A stretch of DNA of 64,000 nucleotides from Armatimonadota bacterium (GTDB lineage: Bacteria > Armatimonadota > SYMT01): the NCBI GenBank assembly GCA_046292385.1, contig JBKBRF010000009.1, positions 32,001 through 96,000 on the forward strand, in the 5' to 3' direction. The notes below the pieces were generated by a model. It saw nothing but the letters and a program-made list of their open reading frames with translations. It was not told the DNA's origin and ran no database searches. This document shows positions 42,391 through 51,972 of the stretch, piece after piece (the first letter of the stretch is position 1; each line of letters opens with the position of its first letter). The translations under genes were made by a program, and so were the position numbers.

Positions 42391-43776
42391 CTATCGGAAC
42401 AGCTCCCGGATCGGATCTCCGGCGATCGGAAGCGGGCGGTTCTGGAGGTCGTAGACTTCCGTGCGCGGATCGATCCCCAGCGCGCGGTAGAGGGTGCCCG
42501 CAATGTTCTCCGGTTTCACCGGCCGGTCGGCCGGATACTCGCCTTTCGCGTCGGACGCGCCGTAGACGTAGCCCGCCTTCATACCGCCGCCCGCCAGCAG
42601 GGCCGGGTAGACCTCCGGCCAGTGGTCGCGCCCCGCGTCGCCGTTGATCTTCGGGGTGCGGCCGAACTCGCCCATCCAGAGCACCAGGGTGTCGTCCAGC
42701 AGCCCGCGCTGCTCCAGGTCGCGAATCAGCGTGGGAACCGCCTGGTCGGTGGTCGGCAGCAGCTTGTTCTTCATCTCCGGGAAGTGATCTTTGTGCGTGT
42801 CCCAGATGAAGCCGCCGCCGGGGTTGCAGTAGTAGACGGTGACGATCCGCACGCCCGCTTCCACCAGCCGCCGCGCCAGCAGGCAGCTCTGGCCGTACAT
42901 CGTGCGGCCGTACTCGTTCCGCAGCTTCTCCGGCTCGCGGGAGAGGTCGAACGCTTCCTTCACCTTCGGCGAGGAGAGCATGGCGAAGGCGCGCTCGTGG
43001 TACTCCCCCAGGCCTTTCGCCGTCGGCAGCTTCTCGAGCAGGCCCGCCTGGCGGTCGATCGAGTCGAGCAGCGACTTCCGATCGTTGAGCCGCTCCGGGG
43101 TCAGGCTCTGCGGCAGCCGCAGCTCCGGGAGCTTGAAGTCCGCGCTGTTCGGGTCCTGCAGGATCAGCAGCGGGTCGTGCTTCTTGCCCAGGAAGCTGGC
43201 GTGCTGGCCGGGCACCACGCTGCCGTCCCGGATCGACGCCGGCAGCGCCACGAAGGTGGGAATCTCCTTCGGCGCCGGCGCCAGGTAGTCGATCACCGAG
43301 CCGTAGTGCGGGAAGAGATCCGGCGTGTCCCGCAGGCGCTGGTCGTCGAGCGGCGGCGCGTGGCCGGTGATGGCGTAGTAGCCGGGCGGGTTGTGGTTGC
43401 GGAAGGTGTGGGTGAGGGACCGGACCACGGTGAAGCGGTCCATCACCTGGGCAAACCGCGGCAGCAGCTCGCAGACGTCGACCTCCGGCAGCGTGGAGCG
43501 GATCGGCTTGAACTGCCCGCGCGAATCCTCCGGGCCGTCCGGCTTCATGTCGAACGTCTCCAGGTGGCTCGGCCCGCCCCACTGCATCAGGAAGATGACC
43601 GACTTCGCCGTGGCCGGCGGGCCCCCGCCCGCCTTCGCCGCCGCCTCGGCCCGCAGCAGGCCGGGGAGCGTGAGGCCCAGGGTGCCGAGGCCGCCGGCGG
43701 TGAGCAGGTCGCGCCGGCTCATCCGCCGCGCCTCCCAGAAGCCGGGACAGGCGCTGCTCTTCTCTCTTCGCTGCAC
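42391..43776 (-). CDS. DUF1501 family protein
   Basis: Tat-like SRRDLL. Motifs GGPSHLETFDMKP, ARRLVEAGV, WDTH, GEFGRTP, GRDHW. Confidence 0.92.
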   Translation of the reverse strand: MQRREKSSACPGFWEARRMSRRDLLTAGGLGTLGLTLPGLLRAEAAAKAGGGPPATAKSVIFLMQWGGPSHLETFDMKPDGPEDSRGQFKPIRSTLPEVDVCELLPRFAQVMDRFTVVRSLTHTFRNHNPPGYYAITGHAPPLDDQRLRDTPDLFPHYGSVIDYLAPAPKEIPTFVALPASIRDGSVVPGQHASFLGKKHDPLLILQDPNSADFKLPELRLPQSLTPERLNDRKSLLDSIDRQAGLLEKLPTAKGLGEYHERAFAMLSSPKVKEAFDLSREPEKLRNEYGRTMYGQSCLLARRLVEAGVRIVTVYYCNPGGGFIWDTHKDHFPEMKNKLLPTTDQAVPTLIRDLEQRGLLDDTLVLWMGEFGRTPKINGDAGRDHWPEVYPALLAGGGMKAGYVYGASDAKGEYPADRPVKPENIAGTLYRALGIDPRTEVYDLQNRPLPIAGDPIRELFR

Positions 43777-43779
43777 GGT

Positions 43780-46296
43780 CTACCTCCGCAAGAGGAACTC
43801 TTTGCTGTTCAGGAGCGCCCAGGTGAGATCTTCCAGGGCGGCACGCCGCTCCGGCTTCGACGCGACGTACTCCGCCGCCTTCGCCTGTTCCGCCGCGGAG
43901 GGGAAGCGGCTGTAGGCGGCCAGGTAGAGCTCCGTCACGATCTCGGCATCCGCCTTACCCGCCTCGAGCAGCTTGCCGACGCGGTTCTCGGGCCGGCGGA
44001 GCTTCTCGTCGATACTCTCCCCGCTGATGAGCGCGAACGACTGCCCCAGGGTCGTCTCACCGGTCCGCTCGCACTCGCACACGCTCTCCCGCGCCGGCTG
44101 CCCGAACAGCTTCAGGAACGGGTTCTGCTGGCGCGGCGGCTGCGGCGGGTACTGGACCGCCCGCATCCCGGCCGGATAGCCGCGGAACCGCTCCGGCGCG
44201 CCGGTGAGGTCGCTGATCGCGTCGAGCAGCACCTCCGCGGTGAGGCGCCCGGGGATGCCGCGGGAGAAGAACCGCTCGTCGTCCGCATTCGTCGCATTCG
44301 GCTCGCAGGCAAGCTGGTAGGTGCGGCTCTTCATGATCGTCCGCACCAGGGGCTTCATCCGGAAGCCGTGCGAGACCAGCTCCTTCGCCAGGCCGTCGAG
44401 CAGGGCCGGGTTCGAAGGCGGGTTCGACTCCCGCAGGTCGTCCACCGGATCGACGATCCCGCGGCCGGTCAGGTGGTACCAGATCCGGTTCGCCAGGTTG
44501 CGGGCGAAGTAGGGGTTGCCCGGCCGGGTCAGCCACTCGGCGAAGGCGACCCGCGGATCGCGGCGCACCGGCTCCGGGGCGTCGGCGGCGAGCACCAACC
44601 CCGGCAGACCGGGCGGCATCACCTGACCGGTGCGCGGGTGCTTCACCTCGCCGGCGCCGGTCACGCTGATGAACTCTTCGCCCTTCAGCTCGTGCAGGTC
44701 GAACTGGTCCCGCCGGGTCAGCTCCCCTTTCCGGCCGATCCGGCTGAAGAACGCGGCGAGGGTGTAGTAGTCGTCCTGCTTCCACCGCTCCGTCGGGTGG
44801 TTGTGGCACTTCGCGCAGAGCATGCGCGTGCCCATAAAGATCTGGGCCGTCGTCTCGCCCAGGTCCGTCGCGCTCCGGGTCCGGCGGAAGTAGTTGGCGG
44901 GCGGCGTGGTGTAGGTGCTGCCGGTGGCGGTGAGCAGCTCCCGGGCGAACTGGTCGAGCGGTCGATCCGACGCGATCCACTCCCGGATCCAGTCGCGGTA
45001 CGCCTGCGCCCCCTTCGGATCGAGAGAGCGCTCCTCCACCCGCAGCACGTCGCTCCACTTCAGCGTCCAGTAGTCGTCGAACGCGGCACTGTCGACCAGC
45101 CGGTCGATCAACCGCTCCCGCTTCTGCGGGCTACGGTCAACCAGAAACTCGCGCGCCTCGTCCGGCGGCGGCAGGCGGCCGGCGGCGTCGAGATAGGCGC
45201 GGCGAACGAACTCCGCGTCGGTGGTGAGGCGCGAGGGCTCCAGCCGGAGCTGCTTCAGCCGGGCGAAGTGGACCTCGTCGATCCAGTTGCTCGCCGGCAC
45301 CGGCTTCCACCGGAACCCGGGCCGTGCCGGAACGAAGGTGAGGCGGGCGTTCTCCATCTGGTCCGCGTACCGCACCAGCACCGCGGCGTCGCCGCTGCCG
45401 GAGGCGCCGACCAGCCCATCCGCCGAGAGCTGCAGCGCCGGGTCACCGCTGGAGTAGACCGCCCGGTGCGCCAGGTTGCGGACGCTCCCGTCCGAGAAGT
45501 AGCCGGTCACCGTGAGGCGCTGCATCCCCGCGGGCTGCACCAGCACCCGCTCCCGCGGCGAGACGACCAGCCGCTGCAGGCGGGGCGCGCCCGGCGGATC
45601 GAGCTGCGCCCCCTGCGCGATCCAGTGGGCGAGGGTGCGGTACTCTTCGGAGCCGACCGAGAGCCGCGGCCCCCCGCCGTGCGGCAGCGCGGAGGTCGCC
45701 TTCAGCAGCAGCAGGCTGCGGCCCGGATCCGCGCGGTTGACGCGGCGCCCTCCGCCGTGGACGGCCAGTACCGCGTGGTCGCCCGCCGGATCCTCCCCCT
45801 TGAACGACAGCTTCAGCCCGCCGCGGCCCTCCGCGTTGCCGTGGCAGGTCCCCTGGTTGCAGCCGGCGCGGGAGACGATCGGCAGCACGTCGTACAGGAA
45901 CGAGACGGGGACCGCTTCCGCCGCGCGCGAGACGGTCACCGGCAGGAGCGTCGACTTGCCGCCGTAGCTGATCCGGACCTTCGTGCTCCCGTCGCGCACC
46001 GCCGCGAGGGTGGACCGCTCCGCCACGCGCACCTGCGGCCCCAGCGCCTGCAGCTTCACGGCGCCGGAAACGTCCTTCCGCGCCCCGGAGGCGAGCACCG
46101 CCGTCACGAAGACCCGCTCCTCCGCGCCCTTCCCGTGCAGCCGCGCGTGGGCGGGCGAGAGCTCCAGCCGCGCCACCGCCGGCACCGGCTTCCGGCGGGG
46201 CGGATCGGGCGGACAGACGGGTGACGCGGCCGCCGGCGCACCGCCAAGGACGACCGCCGCCACACCGAGAGTCAGAGTTGCGAGCTTGCGGATCAT
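43780..46296 (-). CDS. DUF1549/DUF1553 protein with Ig-like domains
   Basis: Motifs GCNQGTCHG, FVRRAYLD, CAKCHNHP, NRIWYHLTGRG, CECER, WALLNSKEF. Confidence 0.92.
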   Translation of the reverse strand: MIRKLATLTLGVAAVVLGGAPAAASPVCPPDPPRRKPVPAVARLELSPAHARLHGKGAEERVFVTAVLASGARKDVSGAVKLQALGPQVRVAERSTLAAVRDGSTKVRISYGGKSTLLPVTVSRAAEAVPVSFLYDVLPIVSRAGCNQGTCHGNAEGRGGLKLSFKGEDPAGDHAVLAVHGGGRRVNRADPGRSLLLLKATSALPHGGGPRLSVGSEEYRTLAHWIAQGAQLDPPGAPRLQRLVVSPRERVLVQPAGMQRLTVTGYFSDGSVRNLAHRAVYSSGDPALQLSADGLVGASGSGDAAVLVRYADQMENARLTFVPARPGFRWKPVPASNWIDEVHFARLKQLRLEPSRLTTDAEFVRRAYLDAAGRLPPPDEAREFLVDRSPQKRERLIDRLVDSAAFDDYWTLKWSDVLRVEERSLDPKGAQAYRDWIREWIASDRPLDQFARELLTATGSTYTTPPANYFRRTRSATDLGETTAQIFMGTRMLCAKCHNHPTERWKQDDYYTLAAFFSRIGRKGELTRRDQFDLHELKGEEFISVTGAGEVKHPRTGQVMPPGLPGLVLAADAPEPVRRDPRVAFAEWLTRPGNPYFARNLANRIWYHLTGRGIVDPVDDLRESNPPSNPALLDGLAKELVSHGFRMKPLVRTIMKSRTYQLACEPNATNADDERFFSRGIPGRLTAEVLLDAISDLTGAPERFRGYPAGMRAVQYPPQPPRQQNPFLKLFGQPARESVCECERTGETTLGQSFALISGESIDEKLRRPENRVGKLLEAGKADAEIVTELYLAAYSRFPSAAEQAKAAEYVASKPERRAALEDLTWALLNSKEFLLRR

Positions 46297-47735
46297 GCCA
46301 GGATCTTCTTCACCACCGTGCCGCCGTTCACCGTCGCGCGCTCATCCCGCCCGTTGTGGTGATAGGTCAGCCGCAGGTGGTCCATGCCGAGCAGATGCAG
46401 GATCGTCGCGTGGAGATCGTGGACGTGGACCCTGTCATCCACCGCGTAGAGCCCCAGGTCGTCGGTCCGTCCGTGGACGAACCCCGGCTTCACGCCGCCA
46501 CCCGCCATGAACATCGTGAAGCCGAACGGGTTGTGATCGCGCCCGTTCCCCTTCTCGGACATCGGCGTGCGGCCGAACTCCCCGCCCCACACCACCAGCG
46601 TCCGCTCCAGCAGCCCCCGCTGCGCCAGGTCGGTCAGGAGCCCGGCGATCGGCTTGTCGGAGACGGCGCAGAGCCGCGAGTGGTTCCCTTCGAGATCGGC
46701 GTGGGCGTCCCACTGGCTGCCGGTGCCGCAGTAGAGCTCCACGAAGCGCACGCCGCGCTCCACCAGCCGCCGCGCCTGCAGGCAGTTCTGCCCGAACTTG
46801 CGGGTGTGCTCCTGGTCCATGCCGTAGAGGGCGCGCGTGCCTTCCGTCTCCCGGGAGAGATCGACCGCCTCCGTGGCGGCGGCCTGCATCCGGAACGCCA
46901 GCTCGTATGCCGCCACGCGGGCCTCCAGCTCGGAGTAGTCTTCACGGCCCTTGCCGTAGCGTCGGTTCAGCGTCTGGAGGAAGTCGAGCTTCTGCCGCTG
47001 CTGCTCCCGGCTTACCGTCGGCGGCGGGGCGAGGTTCAAGATCGGCGGGCCGTCCGGGCGGAACTGCGTCCCCTGGTAGGTCGCCGGCATGAAGCCGGAG
47101 CTCCAGTTCTTGGCGCCGCCGAGCGGCTCGCGGTCGTCCAGCAGGATCACGAAGCCGGGCAGGTCCCGGTTCACCGACCCGAGCCCGTACTGCACCCACG
47201 CCCCCAGCGAGGGCCGCCCCGCCAGAATGGAGCCGGTGTTCATCTGGCAGACCGAGCCGACGTGGTTGATGCCGTCCGCCCAGCAGGAGCGGAGCACGCA
47301 GAGGCGGTCGGCGTGCTCCGCGATGTGCGGGTACCAGTCGGAGACGTCGATGCCGCTCTGCCCATGCTTCTTGAACGTGCGCTTCGTGGGGAGCAGCGCG
47401 TTACCACCGACCCCCATCGCGGTCGCGGGGCGGCCGTACGACTCCGGCAGCGGCTGCCCCGCCAGGCGCTGGAGCTCCGGCTTCGGGTCGAAGAGGTCGA
47501 TGTGGCTCGGCCCGCCCTCCATGAAGAGGAAGATTACCGAGTCGGCCTTCGCCGCGAAGTGGGTCGCCCGTGCGCTCCGCGTTCCAGCGGGGACGGACGC
47601 CGCCGCGTCGTCCGCCAGCAGCGAGGCGAGCGCGATCCCCCCGAGCCCCAGCCCGGCCCGGAAGAGCAGGTCCCGCCGCGAAGTAATCCGCGGCACGTGC
47701 GGTGAACGCCCCATCGACTCGGGTTCTGGCTTCAT
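46293..47735 (-). CDS. DUF1501 family protein (start uncertain: 47714/47735/47747)
   Basis: SRRDLL, FMEGGPSHIDLFDPKP, WDAH, GEFGRTP, GRDHNP. Confidence 0.92.
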   Translation of the reverse strand: MKPEPESMGRSPHVPRITSRRDLLFRAGLGLGGIALASLLADDAAASVPAGTRSARATHFAAKADSVIFLFMEGGPSHIDLFDPKPELQRLAGQPLPESYGRPATAMGVGGNALLPTKRTFKKHGQSGIDVSDWYPHIAEHADRLCVLRSCWADGINHVGSVCQMNTGSILAGRPSLGAWVQYGLGSVNRDLPGFVILLDDREPLGGAKNWSSGFMPATYQGTQFRPDGPPILNLAPPPTVSREQQRQKLDFLQTLNRRYGKGREDYSELEARVAAYELAFRMQAAATEAVDLSRETEGTRALYGMDQEHTRKFGQNCLQARRLVERGVRFVELYCGTGSQWDAHADLEGNHSRLCAVSDKPIAGLLTDLAQRGLLERTLVVWGGEFGRTPMSEKGNGRDHNPFGFTMFMAGGGVKPGFVHGRTDDLGLYAVDDRVHVHDLHATILHLLGMDHLRLTYHHNGRDERATVNGGTVVKKILA

Positions 47736-47760
47736 TGCCGAATGCATCCCCCTGGCAGAG

Positions 47761-47790
47761 TTGCCCTGCCTTCTGACCTGCCGGTACAAT
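47761..47790 (+). promoter_or_regulatory. Putative promoter for the Uma2 gene
   Basis: TTGCCC, 18-nt spacer, TACAAT, ending 38 nt before ATG 47828. Confidence 0.5.
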
Positions 47791-47827
47791 CGCTCGGTGC
47801 GAGCTGCCCTCGAGAGAGAGTGATCCG

Positions 47828-48445
47828 ATGTCCGCCGAAAAGCTCTACACACCGCCCCAGCGCTACACCGTGGACGACTTCTTCACCCTCGTCCGCGACG
47901 ACGAGAAGGCGGATCTCATCGACGGAGTCATCCACGTGGCCTCGCCGGATAGTCTCGTCAACGACAGCCTCACCAACTTCCTCCACTTCCTGCTGGCCGG
48001 CTACGCCGACGAGCGTGGGCTGGGCACCGTCGTCGGCTCTCGCTTCGCCTTCGTGCTCAGCGAGTTCCGCGCCCCGGAGCCGGACGTCGCCTTCGTCAGC
48101 GTCGAGCGATCCTCTATCCTCCAGCGCACCAGGGCGCTCGGCGCGCCGGACCTGGCGGTCGAGATCGTCTCCGAAGAGAGCCGCGCCCGCGACTACGCCG
48201 AGAAACGGGTCCTCTATGAGCGCGCCGGAGTCCGCGAGTACTGGATCATCGATCCCGCGCGCCGCCACGGCGAATTCCTGCGCCTGGCAGACAACTCGTT
48301 CGCTCCGATCGCGACCGCCAGCGAGCACTACTTTCACTCCTCCGTGGTCCCCGGCTTCTGGCTCGACCTTCGCTGGCTCTGGGAATCGCCGCTCCCCCGC
48401 CGGCTCGACTGCCTGAATCTGATCCTCTCCGGCCCACCACGCTAA
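47828..48445 (+). CDS. Uma2 (DUF820) family endonuclease-fold protein
   Basis: Motifs DLIDG, PEPDVAFV, PDLAVEIVS, K..LYERAGVREYWIIDP, PGFWLD. Confidence 0.93.
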   Translation: MSAEKLYTPPQRYTVDDFFTLVRDDEKADLIDGVIHVASPDSLVNDSLTNFLHFLLAGYADERGLGTVVGSRFAFVLSEFRAPEPDVAFVSVERSSILQRTRALGAPDLAVEIVSEESRARDYAEKRVLYERAGVREYWIIDPARRHGEFLRLADNSFAPIATASEHYFHSSVVPGFWLDLRWLWESPLPRRLDCLNLILSGPPR

Positions 48446-48853
48446 CGGCTACCGTCCCGCTCGTGTCCGTTACCGGGTGGGAGCGGCTCCTCTCTCGATC
48501 GTCATCTCACCGCAGTTCCACCCCCCGCCCTCACCTCCCGGAGCGGCCCTCCCGCGTAAATGGCCCTCCCGCAGTCCTTTCACGCCCTTCGGGCTAGCGG
48601 ACTGCTCCGGGCGTGCTCCCCGTCAAGCTAAGCTCCGCGTCCGCGTACTCGGACCTCATCATGGCGGCGGTTCACGGGCCGCTCCGTCCGGCTCAAGCGA
48701 GGCCCCCGCGCTTGGGGCCTCACAGGTGGCCCCAACGCACGAAGCCCAGTGTTCGCTCTCCAGGTGTCGGCAAGACCTCCAAATTCAGTAGCGCAGGAGG
48801 GTTTCCATCCCCACCATCCCCAGAGAAATCCCCCATCTCCTGAAAACGCCCCT

Positions 48854-51568
48854 TCAGTCGACGTACAGGAACTCGTTGGAGTTCAGGAGCGCGTGGCAGA
48901 GATCGACCCACGCCGCGCCCTCCGCTTCGGCGATCCCGTGGGCGCCGCCCTCGGGCAGCGCCACCTTCTCCTTCGCGGCAAGACGGCCGGAAACCAGCTC
49001 CGCCTGCTCCCGCAGGAACTGCAGCGTGAGGCGCGCCTCCTCTGCTTCCGGCGCACGGCCGAACGCGAGGCGGTACGCGCGCTCCACGCGGGCTTCCGGC
49101 GACTCCGCCTCCCGCAGAACCCGGCCGGCGAACGCCTGCGCCCACTGGAGGCCCAGCTCGCTGTTGAAGAGCATCAGGGCCTGCGGCGCGGTGTTGGTGA
49201 CGCTGCGGCGGGCGCACGGCTCGTGCGTGTCGGGGAAGTCGAACGCCTCGAAGAGCGGGTACCGCGTGTTCCGGCGCACGAAGACGTAGACGCTCCGCCG
49301 GTTCCGCTCGGCCGGGTCCTTCGTTACCGGCCAGCCGCCGCGCGTGCTCACCCCTTCCGGGAGCTCCGGGAAGATGCTGGGACCGCCCATCTTCGGGTTC
49401 AGCAGCCCGCTCACCGCCAGCGACGTGTCGCGGATCATCTCCGCCTCCAGCCGCTGCCGCCGGTGCCGCCAGAGAAGCCGGTTCTCCGGGTCGCGGGCCG
49501 CCGCGGTCGGGTTGAACGCACTCGACTGCCGGTAGGCGGAGGAGGTCATCACGAGCCGGTGCAGCCGCTTTAAACTCCACCCCAGGCCCTGCGGGCTGGA
49601 CGGAGCGACAGAGGGACCTTTTGCGACAGAGGGACGGAGAGACAGCGGGACAAAGCGATTCCGACCCCCTGCCGTGCGGTCACGGCTCTCTCCGTCTCTC
49701 TGTCTCTCAGTCTCTCCTTCGCGGGCGGGAGATGAGAACGTCCACGCGAGATAGTCGAGCAGCTCCGGGTGGGACGGCAGCTCGCCGGACTTGCCGAAAT
49801 CACTGGATGTGGGAACGATCCCCTGGCCGAAGTGGCCCTGCCAGACGCGGTTCACCAGCACGCGTGCGGTGAGCGGATTCTCCGGCGAGGTGAGCCAGGC
49901 GGCGAGCGCGGTCCGCCGACCGGTGCTCTCCACGCCGGCGGGCGGGGTGATCTGCGGCGTCCGCGGATCGATGGCGGTGATGAAGCCGGGGCGCACCTCT
50001 TCCTGCGGGGAATCGTAGCCGCCGGCCGCCAGGACGTGCGTCTTTGGGGCGACCGGTCCCACGTCGGTAACGCCCAGTCCCAGCGGCAGCTCCTGCGGGC
50101 GGAGCGGATCGAAGCGCTCCAGCTCCTTCCGCATCGCGGTCCACTGCTCCTTTGGCTCCCCCTTCATCGCGGTGCCGACGTCCTCGTCCTTCAGCTCGAT
50201 CTGCGGCGCGACCTTCAGGAAGAGCTGCCACTGGAGCGCGGTCCGCTTCGCGGCCGGGGTGTCGATCGCTTCCTGGACCTCCTCGGTGAACGGCATGCGC
50301 TTGTCGCGCAGCAGCTTCTCCCGATACGGCGCTTCCAGGGCGGCGAGCTTTTCCCGCACGGGCCGGGTCTCCGCTTCCCAGCGGGCAAGTTCGCGGCGAT
50401 AGCGCTCGAGCTGCTCCGCCGGCACCAGCGGGATGTCGTTCCGAGGCTGCAGGGCGGCGAAGAACGCCTGGAGCTGGTAGTAGTCCTTCTGCGTGATCGC
50501 GTCGTACTTGTGGTCGTGGCAGCGAGCGCAGCCGACCGTCAGGCCGAGCACCACCGAGCCCACGGTATCCGTGATGTCGTTCAGGATCTCCTGGCGGCGG
50601 AGGCGCAGGTTGCGCGCGTTGCTCTCGTCCGCCCAGTGGCGGTTGAAGCCGGTAGCGACCAGCGCGCTCGGATCGTTCGGGTAGCACTCGTCGCCGGCAA
50701 TCTGCTCCCGGATGAACCGGTTGTACGGCTTGTCCTGGTTGAACGCCTCGATCACGTAGTCGCGGTACCGCCAGGCGTTCGGGCGCGTCTCGTCCGCCTT
50801 GAAGCCCTCGCTCTCCGCGTACCGGGCCAGGTCGAGCCACGTCCGGCCCCACCGCTCCCCGTACCGCGGCGAAGCGAGGAGGCGGTCGATCAGCTTCTCG
50901 TAGGCGTCGGGAGAGCGGTCGCTGACGAACGCCTCCACCTCGTCCGGGGTCGGCGGGAGACCGTGGAGGTCGAGCGTGGCGCGGCGGATCAGCGTGCGGC
51001 GGTCCGCCTCCGGATTCGGCCGGAGGCCGGCCGCCCGGAGCTTCGCCAGCACGAAGGCATCGACCGGGTTCCGTACCCACGGATCCTCGACCGCCGGCAC
51101 CCGTGGGCGCACGACCGGCCGGAACGCCCACCACTTGCCGTCACCGCCCGCCCGGGCACTGGCCGGGTACGGCGCGCCCGCCTCGATCCACTCGCGCACC
51201 GCCTTTTGATCGGCGGGGGAAAGGGCGCCGGTCGGCGGCATCTGCGGCTTTACCTCGCCGGTGAGCATCCGGTAGAGACGGCTCTTAGCGGCGCTTCCAG
51301 GGACGACCGCCGCCCCGTGCTCTCCGCCCTTCTTCGCGAGGGCGAGGGTGCGGAGGTCGAGACCGGAGAGCCGGGAGCTCTCCCCGTGGCACTTGAAGCA
51401 GCTCCGCGCCACCACCTGGTAGCCGCGGTGGACGGCGGGCGACCCCTTCGCGGGCGCGGGGCGCTGCGGCTGCCTCACCGCCGGGCGCGCTCCCGCCGCG
51501 AGCACCGGCACCACGATGAGCGTGCAGAACGCCGCGGCGGTCAGGAAGGGCGTGGCCGAGCTGCGCAT
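48854..51568 (-). CDS. Planctomycete cytochrome c / DUF1549 / DUF1553 protein
   Basis: Motifs CFKCHG, WWAFRP, YGERWGR.WLD.ARYAES, CARCHDHKYD, HPELLDYLA, RRSVY, NSNEFLYVD. Confidence 0.93.
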   Translation of the reverse strand: MRSSATPFLTAAAFCTLIVVPVLAAGARPAVRQPQRPAPAKGSPAVHRGYQVVARSCFKCHGESSRLSGLDLRTLALAKKGGEHGAAVVPGSAAKSRLYRMLTGEVKPQMPPTGALSPADQKAVREWIEAGAPYPASARAGGDGKWWAFRPVVRPRVPAVEDPWVRNPVDAFVLAKLRAAGLRPNPEADRRTLIRRATLDLHGLPPTPDEVEAFVSDRSPDAYEKLIDRLLASPRYGERWGRTWLDLARYAESEGFKADETRPNAWRYRDYVIEAFNQDKPYNRFIREQIAGDECYPNDPSALVATGFNRHWADESNARNLRLRRQEILNDITDTVGSVVLGLTVGCARCHDHKYDAITQKDYYQLQAFFAALQPRNDIPLVPAEQLERYRRELARWEAETRPVREKLAALEAPYREKLLRDKRMPFTEEVQEAIDTPAAKRTALQWQLFLKVAPQIELKDEDVGTAMKGEPKEQWTAMRKELERFDPLRPQELPLGLGVTDVGPVAPKTHVLAAGGYDSPQEEVRPGFITAIDPRTPQITPPAGVESTGRRTALAAWLTSPENPLTARVLVNRVWQGHFGQGIVPTSSDFGKSGELPSHPELLDYLAWTFSSPAREGETERQRDGESRDRTAGGRNRFVPLSLRPSVAKGPSVAPSSPQGLGWSLKRLHRLVMTSSAYRQSSAFNPTAAARDPENRLLWRHRRQRLEAEMIRDTSLAVSGLLNPKMGGPSIFPELPEGVSTRGGWPVTKDPAERNRRSVYVFVRRNTRYPLFEAFDFPDTHEPCARRSVTNTAPQALMLFNSELGLQWAQAFAGRVLREAESPEARVERAYRLAFGRAPEAEEARLTLQFLREQAELVSGRLAAKEKVALPEGGAHGIAEAEGAAWVDLCHALLNSNEFLYVD
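49599..49717. repeat. Bipartite inverted element of GACRGAGN octamers inside the DUF1553 coding region
   Basis: GACGGAGC GACAGAGG ... GACAGAGG GACGGAGA GACAGCGG GACAAAGC, then TCTCCGTC TCTCTGTC TCTCAGTC. Confidence 0.8.
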
Positions 51569-51972
51569 CAGGTCCTCTCCCCCATCTCCGGCCCGCCTGC
51601 CCCCGGCAGACACAGACCGACTGGTGGATAGTGGGAGCCATCCAGTCGGGCGAAGTTTCGCTAAACCGCCGCAACCCGACCGTAAGAAGGACTTCTCTCA
51701 CCCAGTGCGAACAGACTCCCCGTCAGCGTCCTACCTCAAGGGTGAATGATCGGCTAGCAAATGAGCCGGCTCGCCCGCGACGGTCACGTCAGAGGTCTGG
51801 CCGCCGAGAGATCGAGAGGCACTGGAAGTACCTGCTCGTCGGCCTCCCCGAGAGTCTCCGGGCCAGGCGGCCACCCGTCCTCCGGACGCCCTCGCCGCGA
51901 ATGAAACCCCCACGGTGATCGCCTCTCGAGTGCGCGCTTCGCTTATACGTCTCTCCACGCAGTACCAATTGC

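Noticed and set aside
48446..48853. tmRNA, RNase P, SRP or 6S RNA in the long intergenic gap
   Set aside because: No diagnostic motifs found. Kept only as an unassigned structure candidate.
51614..51972. Lower-GC gap with short ORFs (e.g. 51631-51918)
   Set aside because: No RBS, codon bias or motif support, and no IS ends recognised.
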